DNA from: Raillietiella orientalis
Lineage: Eukaryota
NCBI GenBank assembly: GCA_036172245.1
Contig: JAYWIR010000018.1
Span: forward strand, 2,976,001-3,040,000
DNA: 64,000 nt
Direction: 5' to 3'
The notes below the pieces were generated by a model that searched no databases, was not told where the DNA came from, and saw only the letters and a program-made list of their open reading frames with translations. The position numbers were made by a program, and so were the translations under genes. Shown piece by piece: positions 13,901-27,545 of the stretch (its first letter is position 1; the number at the start of each line of letters is the position of its first letter).

Positions 13901-14664
13901 CGTTCCGAAGGGACTCCTTCGGTGGAGTGAACACTTAAGTGTGCCCCCCGAAGAACTTGTGGTCCCACCTTCCTGTTTGAACACATCTGTGTTCCCCCTT
14001 TCGTGGAAGCAGGACGTGATCATGATGGTGCATTGGGGTTTTCACTCCAACCAGCGCACGAACCTTGTTTCCGGGGGAGTTGTCTCCCCAAACTGTAAGC
14101 GGTGCGGGGAAGTGGAAACGCTCCCGCACCTGCTCTTGGACTGCGGTGTCCTCCAAGGACTGTGGCAGAGACTGGCCTCAGCTATCCTGCACCAGGGGGA
14201 TACCGCAACAGACTTGATGCGCCGCTTCATCACTCCAGGCGGCCTTTCTTTAGGTGCTGTCGTTGCAACCGTGTGTTGCACCCGCGCCATCGACAAGACC
14301 CAACGAGAGTTGGAGAAGCTGGCCATCCTTCGTCAGCCCACCGGATTAGCCAGCGCAAGCATGTCGTCGGCTGCCTAGTGGGACCACCTACCAGAGAGCG
14401 TGAGCAGAGAGATCGCCGGCATCCATCGCCGGTTATGAAAGGAAGGAACGGCCGAACCAAAGACCCCTGTCCCCTGCCCTCCATATTTTTATTTTTATTT
14501 TTTATAGTAGTGTATTTGTGGTCCCCTCCCCCCCGTTCCGGACTTTCGGTATACCGACCTGCGTGTCGGCGATCCCACCCCCTTCGTCTCTTGTCTTTCC
14601 CTTTGTCCAAGAACACTGTTCCCGGATAGTTTTTAATAAACGCCCCGGCGCACCCGGGTGATAA
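10989..14664 (+). mobile_element. L1/Tx1-like non-LTR retrotransposon, element A (5'-truncated within the APE endonuclease; ORF2 disrupted)
   Basis: APE motifs LALLQE, GVAFL, NV*AP, AGDFN, DHV, SDH. RT motifs KAPGEDG, WRPITL, VDLRKAFD, GIRQGDSLSPLLF, YADD. C-terminal CKRCGEVETLPHLLLDC. 12-bp TSD acagcccctgcc at 10977-10988 and 14665-14676; absent from the other units. In-frame stops in the endonuclease and a frameshift near 13050. Confidence 0.95.
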
Positions 14665-16549
14665 ACAGCCCCTGCCCCGCCTTCGCATTTTGCTACTTCT
14701 CTAAATCACACCATCTTCCTTCTCTCCATATTATGGAGTCAGCGAAAACCAAACACCCTTGAGATGGAAAACGCGGGAAACACATTGAAACGCTTTCGAA
14801 AGATTTCCTCTAAGCTCTCCACTGGACGCGAGGCGTTCCGTTTTCGGATGGGCATCAAAAGAGATGGCAATCCAAAGCAGCGGTTACATGTGAACATGTA
14901 CCATCCGGAGGCTTGGGCTTTTCCAGCTACACTCTCAACCAATCTTTGAACACTACAGCCATGAGAATGCAAACGCGATTTCCAGTCTTGCTTGCAGTGG
15001 GCTGTTGTCGCTGTTCCTTTCGAACAAATGGAAATACGAATGCTGTCCATCTGTATTCTTCGAAGGCTAATATTCACACATGCGCCTTCTCACCCGGACG
15101 GTGTCGTTTCCACCTGTGTCGTCGCATGCAACCATCACATATGGTCCGCCAATTGTTTCCTGCATGTCGTGTGTGTAGGACAATCGCTCAGGAAGTGGAA
15201 GCAGCTTGTCCGTTTCTTTACTTCCGACATGAGTGGTTGTCCAGTCGTGCGGCACAGGGGCACCAACGAAGATCCGTGTCTCTCCACTATACCACTCATG
15301 GCCTGGCGGCTCAAAATTTCCAATGACGATTTGTGACTGCAGCCTTACAGCGCTCACAACTTGCGTTTCACAACCCCACGTCACGTTGCGTGTCGCTAAT
15401 GGTGTGCTCCTCCTTTTGCTTGCTACGCACGTGTGATCACGTGGGATGGTGCTTTGTACACCAGAACGGTGCGCCCTTCTGGTGTACAAAGTGCATGTCT
15501 GGATTGAAAACTCTTCGTTCGAACTGTTCGCAGACCACAGGCTTTCGTCAAAACGTGTGAAGCGTTAGAGATTTGCTGCCTTCCGAGTTTCATTTGACTA
15601 TGGACATTCAAGGAGTGACAGTTGCTTAGAAGTAGGGGCCAGTTTCCTCGCACCACTCAGGGGATCTGCTCTCTGCTTGTCTCTTTTTTTCCGCTGTTTG
15701 GCGAATGTGCCTTTCCAAGCAATTGTGCACTGATATGCGTATGCACGCGATCGACGCACTTGGCACCATTTAGGTTCCCTTGGAAAGCATCAATGGGCTT
15801 TTCCGTCTGTGAAACCGGGAACCGCACTGATTTCGATACTCACCATTGGGGAAGGACTTTGCACCGAAGGTTAAACCAACGAAATCAGCGATTCCTCCGA
15901 CGCTCATCTGCACTGGAGGTTGAGACTCCCTCAGGCGGATGGTTTGAGTTTCGTCATTTCGATGGATAGCATGCGTCTGCTGCGGGCTGGAAGTAACCCT
16001 ACGCGGAGCATTCTCAAATACTTTAGGCATAGCGGTGAATGTGAGCAATCTTTGCCATCATTGAGACGACAGAATTTCGTCCTTCATCAACCAATCCTAC
16101 TGTACTCCTACTACTTCATGGGATCTTTCCTCGAGTTGAACGGGTGAAATACCAACACAATAAACAGAGCGCATTCGCATTTATTTCGGAAAATATGAAA
16201 AAGCATTTTTTGTCTTTACTGAGAATATTTTCGTTCCCAAATGCTCCAATCCTCGGCTTTTCTACCAGACTTCTTCCATAATGGTTAAATTCCTGCAGAT
16301 CATTCCCTTCAAGTCACATTGGGCCGAACATCCTTTCTACTAGGTGATTACACTCACAATTCCTCTCTCGACAACTATCGTGCAGCACAAGTATGTTCTC
16401 AAGGAAGTCTGGAGGTCGAAAAAGACGTTAGGTTTACAATTCAGCAGCACTTCTGCAAGAAAGAATAACACAACAGGGTGGTGACAGTGTACTGACGCTG
16501 CCCAAAGAGGTCTTCCAGTATTGCAACACATAGTGGTTGGTCTCCGGAC

Positions 16550-19018
16550 TTAATAAGATCGAGCGATATAGAGTAGTTCATCCCAATACTCGGGATTAAT
16601 ATCATTGAGGAGGCAGCCCATTACTCGTATAGCGTTCTCATTTTGAGCTACCATTTCCGATCGTGATTCATCACCAAGATGAGAATAGCCAACCATCGTT
16701 GGTCCAAATACCGTGGCTAAGTTGTCAGCAGGCATCTTACATGCTGCACTTCTTGCTACACGACAGAGGTGTGATAGTAGGAAGGCTAGAGTGTCACGGT
16801 TTGGTACAGGTAACTGCTGTATCGCATTGTGAAGACTCCTTCGTCTGACCTCAATGTCAGGAGATGTTGTGGCCTCAAGAAACGTCTCCAGGAACCTTGT
16901 GGGTATCACATGTTCTGTAAGTGACTTCAAAAAGTCTTTGAGTACACTGCACACAGCATGAATCTTATAGAGAGATAACTTGGGTTTTCCGGGACTCTTC
17001 AGTAAGAGATTCTGGAAAGTATATGCATACATGCACGAGGAATAAAAAAAAAATTGTTTACCTTCAACTCCTTCACAGATTTAATAGCACCTGGAACTCG
17101 ATAAATACCCTTCACGTCAAGACCATGGTCTTCCACATGTTGTACACAACGTATAATGATAGCAGGTATTTGAGGGCGTGTAACGTACTTGAAATTTCTA
17201 AGGCTACCACCTTCCTTTATCTGCGGAGTAGAAGCGCATGGTAATGGCACAAAGTTGTCACAATTACGGTGACAACGCGCACAGCAACCCCTACAAAGAT
17301 ATGCTATATTGAAAATTCGAAGGCGCTCTCCACATCCTTGACACAGTCTCAGATGGGTCACAAATGTAGCCCTAAAACTATGAGGTGTTCGGGGTAATTT
17401 CGAGCATGTTGTATCCTCAAAAGGATAAGTTCTTCCGGTTAATATGGAAGATGCCGCACCCTCGGCAGGAAGAACAGGTTGTGTTATTTCGCTGATTACG
17501 TGTACAGTTTCTTCTCTTGGAATTAGAACACTTTCATCCTCAGATCTGAGGACTGGTCTTGTTGGTGGAGCTTCTTTGAATGCTTCGGGCACCTTTGAAG
17601 GAGACCCAATTTTTTCTATTTCACGGTCTGGGAAACTGTGAATATGAACCAAGCAAACAAATGAGTAAATACCTTCCTGGAGTACCCTGGAATCTACTGC
17701 AACATCAAGATCACCAGTAACTTTTGCCGCTGCAGAAAATCGTGTTGGACTTTCCAAGACTGTATCTGCTTCCAATTTCTAGAGAGTTATGGAAGGGTTG
17801 CAAAAATCAGCTGGTTGTTTGCCAATGAACACTTGCTTCGTCAGTAGCAGAAAGTTCATCCGAAGGGCGATACCTCTTTCGAGGAGGGGTTTCATCTAAT
17901 GTTCTCTTCTCCCGAGACGTCATGCTGTATTCCGCGTCACGTGAAAGTTCCAAGTCATCTGCTACGGAAGTGCTCTCACGGGCTGCTGCACCTGCATATG
18001 TATTTATTCAACATATGTACTCCGCTTGAACCCTCTCAGCATGAAATCCAAATGCAAAGTCTCCAAAATGACCATGTTGAAACATTTCACATCTCAAACG
18101 ACCACAAAATCATCGTCAGACTATTGGAAACGCCCATAATTAAGTTGACTATTCGCAATCGAGAATCGAATCGACCGGTGTTGGCTCAGTGGACAGTGGC
18201 CGCATGTGGACAGTGAACGTACAGCATGGATGTTCATTGAAAGATTCAAACATTCACGAGTGTTCGAATCTACAGGTTAGAATGAAAAGTAACGGTACCA
18301 CGATCCTCGTCTGAAACTCTCACATCTGGGAACTCCTTCTGGGCAGATTCGGTACTCATTCTCCGCTTCAAATATGGATGAACAATTTTTTTAGATTCCA
18401 GCATGTCCTCCAACAACTTTATGTCAGTTTCCTACAAAATGTTGCCAGTGCAAGAACATAAAAACGCCTTCGTTACTACACCATTTAGTAGAACGTACCG
18501 CATTAAGCAACTGCTGTAAATAAGTCCCCACAGCAGATCTTTGATCGCCCAGAAATTCGCTCACATCTCTGAATCTGTCAAAGAGCTGCTCTATTTTAGT
18601 GGTTTCATAATCTGGTAAAATTTCCACATTCCAATTTCTGGCTTCCCATGTCTCAATGAGGCTCTTCAGCTGCAAAGCCCACTGCCATACATTCGAAACG
18701 CTCTCTGTAATAAAGAAACGAAATCACTGGAGGAAACTCTCGCACAGAGCATTCCAATACAACTTAATATAAATTTTTAGGATATCCTTTAATTATCTCA
18801 TACGCTGAACTCAATTCCATCATACAAATAGATTATACGATGCAACACCATACAAGGAAACGGTAATGATTGCGATGAACCGATGTCACTTACACAAAAT
18901 GCCAACGATTACAACGTAGGAAGTTACCAGTTTGCTCCATCAGGGTATCCACACTGCTCCTTAACTCCTCCACGATCCCATCGAGAAGTTTTCTCAACGT
19001 TTCGTCAGTTGTTTCCAT
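16550..19018 (-). CDS. RacGAP1/CYK-4-like paralog, copy 2 (near-identical to copy 1)
   Basis: Same exon structure and translation as copy 1. The only indel seen is one base in the poly(T) tract of the last intron. Confidence 0.88.
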
Positions 19019-22000
19019 AGTTCGTTAATTACAGTATTCTTCAAAGAATTTGGAATCGAAGTGTTGCTTTCAATAATTTTTCAAAGCTGGATCTTGAAAA
19101 CGAGATATATGCTCAGAAATCGCGGAATAGTTTCCGATGAAACCGTACCAAAGTCCTGGGGATGCACACGGGATAGACGGCTGAACCGTAATCAAAGAGG
19201 TAGGACAGTTGGCGAGGTGATGGACGAATTGAGCGCTTTCCGATAGAAGACTGGCAGCCGACAGATATCGGGAATCTTCCTCGCAGATTGCAAAAAGTAG
19301 TCGATTCTTGGTTACTAAGGAAATTAGCAGGGAGCAGTAAACCAATTAGTGACTTCTAGTTCTTCAAGGGAAAGGGGAGTTGTTTCTCACTAGGGAGGAA
19401 GAGTGTCTTGGAAGAAAGAAAGTAGCAATTTCCGAGGAAAGACTCGAAGAAAGGTTCTTTAAGAGGTTTCCATGGCGAGCTGGTGTTGTCAATGGAGGAC
19501 GGGTTGTGTGTGCCATCCGGACGAACTTGCGGACTGTCCTTTCTCTCGTGTTCAAAATCTTACTAGCTACCAATTCTTATGACTTTCCAACGCCGTTTCC
19601 GAAAATACCAACAAGCATTTCCATTCCAAACACTCTTCCAGAACAGACGGAAACAACAAACCCGCAGGCTAGCTACAGCTAGCGGCCCTAAGTGGCCGGA
19701 CCGCGTCCACGACTACATGGCAAAGCAGACGTGGTTAGCACAGAGAAAGGAGATGCACACAGGATCCTCACGTCTGCTACCGATGGCATTTTGTCTCTGC
19801 AATATCCCACAGTAGCAATCGTAGCTTTCTGCTGCGCTGCCGCGAAACCTCAAACACGGTCACAAAGGATACAACGCGGTCATATTGGTCCCCGCAGAAA
19901 GTCCCATGCACACGCGTGTCTTCGCTTTCCCCCGTCCGTCTTCCCTTTCCTGCCCAGCGCGAACCCGTACCAGGGATATGTAGGTAGGAAAATCTTGAAA
20001 CGATCGTATGTAACGCACATCGCCCTTTTCGACACCGTCACTCTGTCGAATGTTGGCGTGTGAGGAATTCCTGGAACAACCTGACTCGTGGAAATGAGGT
20101 GCTCAAAATCAACTCTGCACAAAGTTGGCCCGAAATTTTCTGAATTGCAAATGAAATTCCCTATGCCTTGAAGTACTCGCCACACCTCCGACAGCAGAAA
20201 GGACAAAGAACACAACGCAGCAGCGCGTGCGTTCCGCCTTTCCTTCATTATGGCATGTCGTCACCTCTTTTCGTCTTCAGTGTCCTAAGATGAGCAACGC
20301 ACGCAGGCAGACAACTCATCCGCGAGATCTGAAATCGGTCCTTCAAGATGCTGCGTACGTTATGTTCACAGCATCTCCGTTTTCCCACTGTTAGGTAAAC
20401 GGCCTGTTTCGGCATCCATCGTTGGACCTGGGTCTCTGCACCTCGTTTGCCCTGCACCGTTGCTCTTCTTCGAGATTGAACTAATTAACTTCATTTTGTA
20501 TCTTCGTAACGACAAGTTCGGCACACTGTCAACTTTCGGCAGCCTATCCTCATATTCCCACGTGCGGTCACTTTTCTCACACTGTTTCCGAGCATGCAGT
20601 ACTTCACAAGTATACGTCATCTTCCCCGTTAGGTAGCCCCGAACTGAATGATCAAAGGAAACAAAAAGAAAGGCACCTTGATGCAATCGCCGTACTTTGC
20701 TTTCATTTGTTTGACTTTGTTCGATGCATCCCCCATTTTGATGATGGTCTTTCAACTTGGTTGAACAACCGACGGGTTGCCTCCTTGCATACCTACGCAA
20801 CGCCCGTATGCCAGCAGAGCAACCCGAACTGGTGGGGGATGACTGCCGTGACCACAGCTCCAGCCCCGCCTTCGCATTTTGCTACTTCTCTGAATCACAC
20901 CGTTTTCCTTCTCTCCATATTATGGAGTCAGCGAAAACCAAACACCCTTGAGATGGAAAACGCGGGAAACACATTGAAACGCTTTCGAAAGATTTCCTCT
21001 AAGCTCTCTACTGGACGCGAGGCGTTCCGTTTTCGGATGGGCATCAAAAGAGATGGCAATCCAAAGCAGCGGTTACATGTGAACATGTACCATCCGGAGG
21101 CTTGGGCTTTTCCAGCTACACTCTCAACCCATCTTTGAACACTACAGCCATGAGAATGCAAACGCGATTTCCAGTCTTGCTTGCAGTGGGCTGTTGTCGC
21201 TGTTCCTTTCGAACAAATGGAAATACGAATGCTGTCCATCTGTATTCTTCGAAGGCTAATATTCACACATGCGCCTTCTCACCCGGACGGTGTCGTTTCC
21301 ACCTGTGTCGTCGCATGCAACCATCACATATGGTCCGCCAATTGTTTCCTGCATGTCGTGTGTGTAGGACAATCGCTCAGGAAGTGGAAGCAGCTTGTCC
21401 GTTTCTTTACTTCCGACATGAGTGGTTGTCCAGTCGTGCGGCACAGGGGCACCAACGAAGATCCGTGTCTCTCCACTATACCACTCATGGCCTGGCGGCT
21501 CAAAATTTCCAATGACGATTTGTGACTGCAGCCTTACAGCGCTCACAACTTGCGTTTCACAACCCCACGTCACGTTGCGTGTCGCTAATGGTGTGCTCCT
21601 CCTTTTGCTTGCTACGCACGTGTGATCACGTGGGATGGTGCTTTGTACACCAGAACGGTGCGCCCTTCTGGTGTACAAAGTGCATGTCTGGATTGAAATC
21701 TCTTCGTTCGAACTGTTCGCAGACCACAGGCTTTCGTCAAAACGTGTGAAGCGTTAGAGATTTGCTGCCTTCCGAGTTTCATTTGACTATGGACATTCAA
21801 GGAGTGACAGTTGCTCAGAAGTAGGGGCCAGTTTCCTCGCACCACTCAGGGGATCTGCTCTCTGCTTGTCTCTTTTTTTCCGCTGTTTGGCGAATGTGCC
21901 TTTCCAAGCAATTGTGCACTGATATGCGTATGCACGCGATCGACACACTTGGCACCATTTAGGTTCCCTTGGAAAGCATCAATGGGCTTTTCCGTCTGTG

Positions 22001-22748
22001 AAACCGGGAACCGCACTGATTTCGATACTCACCATTGGGGAAGGACTTTGCACCGAAGGTTAAACCAACGAAATCAGCGATTCCTCCGACGCTCATCTGC
22101 ACTGGAGGTTGAGACTCCCTCAGGCAGATGGTTTGAGTTTCGTCATTTCGATGGATAGCATGCGTCTGCTGCGGGCTGGAAGTAACCCTACGCACAGCAT
22201 TCTCAAATACTTTAGGCATAGCGGTGAATGTGAGCAATCTTTGCCATCATTGAGACGACAGAATTTCGTCCTTCATCAACCAATCCTACTGTACTCCCAC
22301 TACTTCATGGGATCTTTTCTCGAGTTGAACGGGTGAAATACCAACACAATAAACAGAGCGCATTCGCATTTATTTCGGAAAATATGAAAAAGCATTTTTT
22401 GTCTTTACTGAGAATATTTTCGTTCCCAAATGCTACAATCCTCGGCTTTTCTACCAGACTTCTTCCATAATGGTTAAATCCCTGCAGATCATTCCCTTCA
22501 AGCCACAGTGGGCAGAACATCCTTTCCACTAGGTGATTACGTTCACAATTCCTCTCTCGACAACTATCGTGCAGCACAAGTATGTTCTGAAGGATGGCGT
22601 GGTGGTCGAAAAAGACGTCTGGGTTGCAATTGCGCCGCCCTTCTGCAAGAAGCAATAACACAACAGGGTGGTGACAGTGCACTGAAGCTGCCCAAAGAGG
22701 TCTTCCAGAATTGCAACACGCAGTGGTTGGTCAATGGACTTAATAAGA

Positions 22749-25206
22749 TCAAGCGACAGCGAGTAGTTCATTCCAATACTTAGGATTAATGTCCTTGAGG
22801 AGGCAGCCCATTACTCGTTTGGCCTTCTCAATATCAGCTAGTATTTGCGTTCGTGATTCATCACCAATATAAGAATGGCCAACCATCGCTGGTCCAAATA
22901 CCGTGGCTAATTTGTCAGCAGGCATCTTACATGCTGCACTTCTTGCTACACGACAGAGGTGTGATAGTAGGAAGGCTAGAGTGTCACGGTTTGGTACAGG
23001 TAACTGCTGTATTGCATTGTGAATACTCCTTCGTCTGACCTCAATGTCAGGAGATGTTGTGGCCTCAAGAAACGTCTCCAGGAACCTTGTGGGTATCACA
23101 TGTTCTGTGAGTGACTTCAAAAAGTCTTTGAGTACATTGCTCACAGTATGAATCTCGTGTAGATATAAGTTGGGTTTTCCAGGACTCTTCAGTAAGAGAT
23201 CCTGGGATGTAGATGGATAAATACAGGTCGAATAAAGGAAAGTTGCTCACCTTCAAGTCCTTCACATCTTTGACAATCCCTGGGTGTGCATAAATATTCT
23301 CCACTTCAAGACCTTGGTCTTCCACATGGTCGACACAACGTATAATGATAGCAGGTATATAAGGGCGTATAAAGTACTTGAAATTTTCAAGGTCACCTTC
23401 TTTCTTTATCTGAGGAGTGGTAGCGCATGGTAATGGGACTAAAATTTGGCACTTATGGTGACATAATGCACGGCAACCAATACAAAGGTATCCTTTCTTG
23501 CCATTTGGAATGCTTTCCGCACACACGTTGCACGTTCTTGACTTAAGCGAACGTGAATCTTGAAAAGTGTGAGGTGTTTGGGGTAATTTCGAGCATGTTG
23601 TAGCCTCAAAAGGATAAAGTGCACGGGGTGATATCCAAACTGCTGCACCCTCGGCAGCAACAACAGGTTGTGATATTTGGCTGATTTCGTGTGCAGCCTC
23701 TCCTCTTAAAAGCAGATCACTTTCATCCTCAGACATGCGGATTGGTTTTGATGGTGGAGCTTCTTTGAATGCTTCGGGCACCTTCGAAGGAGACCCATTT
23801 TTTTCTATTTCACGGTCTGGGAAACTGTGAATATGAACCAAGCAAACAAATGAGTAAATACCTTCCTGGAGTACCCTGGAATCTACTGCAACATCAAGAT
23901 CACCAGTAACTTTTGCCGCTGCAGAAAATCGTGTTGGACTTTCCAAGACTGTATCTGCTTCCAATTTCTAGAGAGTTGTGAAAGGTTTGCAAAAATCAGC
24001 TGGTTGTTTGCCAATGAACACTTGCTTCGTCAGTAGCAGAAAGTTCCTCTGAAGGGCGAGTCTTCTTTGGAGGAGGGGTTTCATCTAATGTTCTCTTCTC
24101 CCGAGACGTCATGCTGTATTCCGTGTCACGTGAAAGTTCCAAGTCATCTGCTACGGAAGTGCTCTCGCGGGCTGCTGCACCTGCATATGTATTTATTCAA
24201 CATATGTACTCCGCTTGAACCCTCTCAGCATGAAATCCAAATGCAAAGTTTCCAAAATGACCATGTTGAAACATTTCACATCTCAAACGACCACAAAATC
24301 ATCGTCAGACTATTGGAAACGCCCATAATTAAGTTGACTATTCGCAATCGAGAATCGAATCGACCGGTGTTGGCTCAGTGGACAGTGGCCGCATGTGGAC
24401 AGTGAACGTACAGCATGGATGTTCATTGAAAGATTCAAACATTCACGAGTGTTCGAATCTACAGGTTAGAATGAAAAGTAACGGTACCACGATCCTCGTC
24501 TGAAACTCTCACATCTGGGAACTCCTTCTGGGCAGATTCGGTACTCATTCTCCGCTTCAAATACGGATGAACAATTTTTTTAGATTCCAGCAAGTCTTGC
24601 AACAAATATATGTGAGTATCCTATAAAATTTTTCAGTGCACAAAGTTAGAATAAGCTTCATCATTATAGCATTCAGTCGAACCTACCAAATCACGCAAAT
24701 GCCGTTCATAATTCCGCTTTGAAGCTCTTCCTTCATCAAGAAATTTTGCCACATCTCTCAAGCTATCTAAGAGTTCAACTTTTTCATTGGTGTCATAATC
24801 TGGTAAAATTTCCCAATTTTGATTTCTGGTTTCCCATGCCTCAATGATCCTTTTCAGCAGGAAAGCCCACTGCCACAATTTGGAAACGCTCTCTGTAATA
24901 AAGAAACGTAGTGAATAGAGGAGACTTTTGGAGAATGTTTTGCAATACAACCAAATATAAATTTTCAGAGTATTCTTTAATTTTCTGATACGCTGAAATT
25001 AATTTCATCATTCAAATAGATTATACGATGCAATATAACACAAGGAAACGGTAATGATTGCGATAAACTGATGACATTTCCACAAAATGCCAACGATTAT
25101 AACGTAGGAAGTTACCAGTTTGCTCCATCAGGGTATCCACACTGCTCCTTAACTCCTCCACGATCCCATCGAGAATCCTTCTGTTCTTTTCGTCTGTTGT
25201 TGCCAT
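22749..25206 (-). CDS. RacGAP1/CYK-4-like paralog, copy 3 (Arg finger replaced by Ala; predicted GAP-dead)
   Basis: Exon 1 MATTDEKNRRILDG..., coiled-coil exon 24892-24687, C1 at 23425-23571. GAP segment reads ENIYAHPG instead of GIYRVPG. TGA after ELLAVA. Confidence 0.85.
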
Positions 25207-27545
25207 AGTTCGTTAATAAAAGTATTCTTCAAACAATTTGACAGGGAAATGTTCCTCTCAATAATTTCTCAATGCTGAATCCTGAAAACGAGATATAAGG
25301 TTAGAATTCGCGGAATGGTTTCCGATGAAACCGTACCAAAGTCCTGGGGGATGCACACAGGATAGACGCTGAACCGTAATCAAAGAGGTAGGACAGTTGG
25401 CGAGGTGATGGACGAATTGAGCGCTTTCCGATAGAAGACTGGCAGCCGACAGATATCGGGAATCTTCCTCGCAGATTGCAAAAAGTAGTCGATTCTTGGT
25501 TACTAAGGAAATTAGCAGGGAGCAGTAAACCAATTAGTGACTTCTAGTTCTTCAAGGGAAAGGGGAGTTGTTTCTCACTAGGGAGGAAGAGTGTCTTGGA
25601 AGAAAGAAAGTAGCAATTTCCGAGGAAAGACTCGAAGAAAGGTTCTCTAAGAGGTTTCCATGGCGAGCTGGTGTTGTCAATGGAGGACGGGTTGTGTGTG
25701 CCATCCGGACGAACTTGCGGACTGTCCTTTCTCTCGTGTTCAAAATCTTACTAGCTACCAATTCTTATGACTTTCCAACGCCGTTTCCGAAAATACCAAC
25801 AAGCATTTCCATTCCACACCCTCTTCCAGAACAGACGGAAACAACAAACCCGCAGGCTAGCCACGGCTAGCGGCCCTAAGTGGCCGGACCGCGTCCACGA
25901 CTACATGGCAAAGCAGACGTGGTTAGCACAGAGAAAGGAGATGCACACAGGATCCTCACGCCTGCTACCGATGGCATTTTGTCTCTGCAGTATCCCACAG
26001 TAGCAATCGTAGCTTTCTGCTGCGCTGCCGCGAAACCTCAAACACGGTCACAAAGGATACAACGCGGTCATATTGGTCCCCGCAGAAAGTCCCATGCACA
26101 CGCGTGTCTTCGCTTTCCCCCGTCCGTCTTCCCTTTCCTGCCCAGCGCGAACCCGTACCAGGGATATGTAGGTAGGAAAATCTTGAAACGATCGTATGTA
26201 ACGCACATCGCCCTTTTCGACACCGTCACTCTGTCGAATGTTGGCGTGTGAGGAATTCCTGGAACAACCTGACTCGTGGAAATGAGGTGCTCAAAATCAA
26301 CTCTGCACAAAGTTGGCCCGAAATTTTCTGAATTGCAAATGAAATTCCCTATGCCTTGAAGCACTCGCCACACCTCCGACAGCAGAAAGGACAAAGAACA
26401 CAACGCAGCAGCGCGTGCGTTCCGCCTTTCCTTCATTATGGCATGTCGTCACCTCTTTTCGTCTTCAGTGTCCTAAGATGAGCAACGCACGCAGGCAGAC
26501 AACTCATCCGCGAGATCTGAAATCGGTCCTTCAAGATGCTGCGTACGTTATGTTCACAGCATCTCCGTTTTCCCACTGTTAGGTAAACGACCTGTTTCGG
26601 CATCCATCGTTGGACCTGGGTCTCTGCACCTCGTTTGCCCTGCACCGTTGCTCTTCTTCGAGATTGAACTAATTAACTTCATTTTGTATCTTCGTAACGA
26701 CAAGTTCGGCACACTGTCAACTTTCGGCAGCCTATCCTCATATTCCCACGTGCGGTCACTTTTCTCACACTGTTTCCGAGCATGCAGTACTTCACAAGTA
26801 TACGTCATCTTCCCCGTTAGGTAGCACCGAACTGAATGTTCAAAGGAAACAAAAAGAAAGGCACCTTGATGCAATCGCCGTACTTTGCTTTCATTTGTTT
26901 GGTTTAGTTCGATGCATCTTCCATTTTGATGATGGTCTTTCAACTTGGTTGACCAGCGACGGGTTGCCTCCTTGCATACCTACGCAACGCCCGTATGCCA
27001 GCAGAGCAACCCGAACTGGTGGGGGATGACGACCATGCCAGCAGTTCTTGCCCCGCCTTCGCATTTTGCTACTTCTCTAAATCACACCGTTTTCCTTCTC
27101 TCCATATTATGGAGTCAGCGAAAACCAAACACCCTTGAGATGGATAACGCGGGAAACACATTGAAACGCTTTCGAAAGATTTCCTCTAAGCTCTCCACTG
27201 GACGCGAGGCGTTCCGTTTTCGGATGGGCATCAAAAGAGATGGCAATCCAAAGCAGCGGTTACATGTGAACATGTACCATCCGGAGGCTTGGGCTTTTCC
27301 AGCTACATTCCCAACCAATCTTTGAACACTACAGCCATGAGAATGCAAACGCGATTTCCAGTCTTGCTTGCAGTGGGCTGTTGTCGCTGTTCCTTTCGAA
27401 CAAATGGAAATACGAATGCTGTCCATCTGTATTCTTCGAAGGCTAATATTCACACATGCGCCTTCTCACCCGGACGGTGTCGTTTCCACCTGTGTCGTCG
27501 CATGCAACCATCACATATGGTGTGCCATTCGTTTCCTGCATGTCG

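Noticed and set aside
15440..15500. Helitron 3' terminus at the spacer hairpin
   Set aside because: No CTRR end at the expected distance on either strand and no Rep/helicase remnant. Kept only as an unexplained hairpin.
16999..17065. Apparent frameshift splitting RacGAP copy 2 (similar ORF breaks in copies 3-5)
   Set aside because: The break lies inside a ~50-nt GT-AG intron with a poly(T) tract; splicing restores the frame, so it is not a pseudogene lesion.
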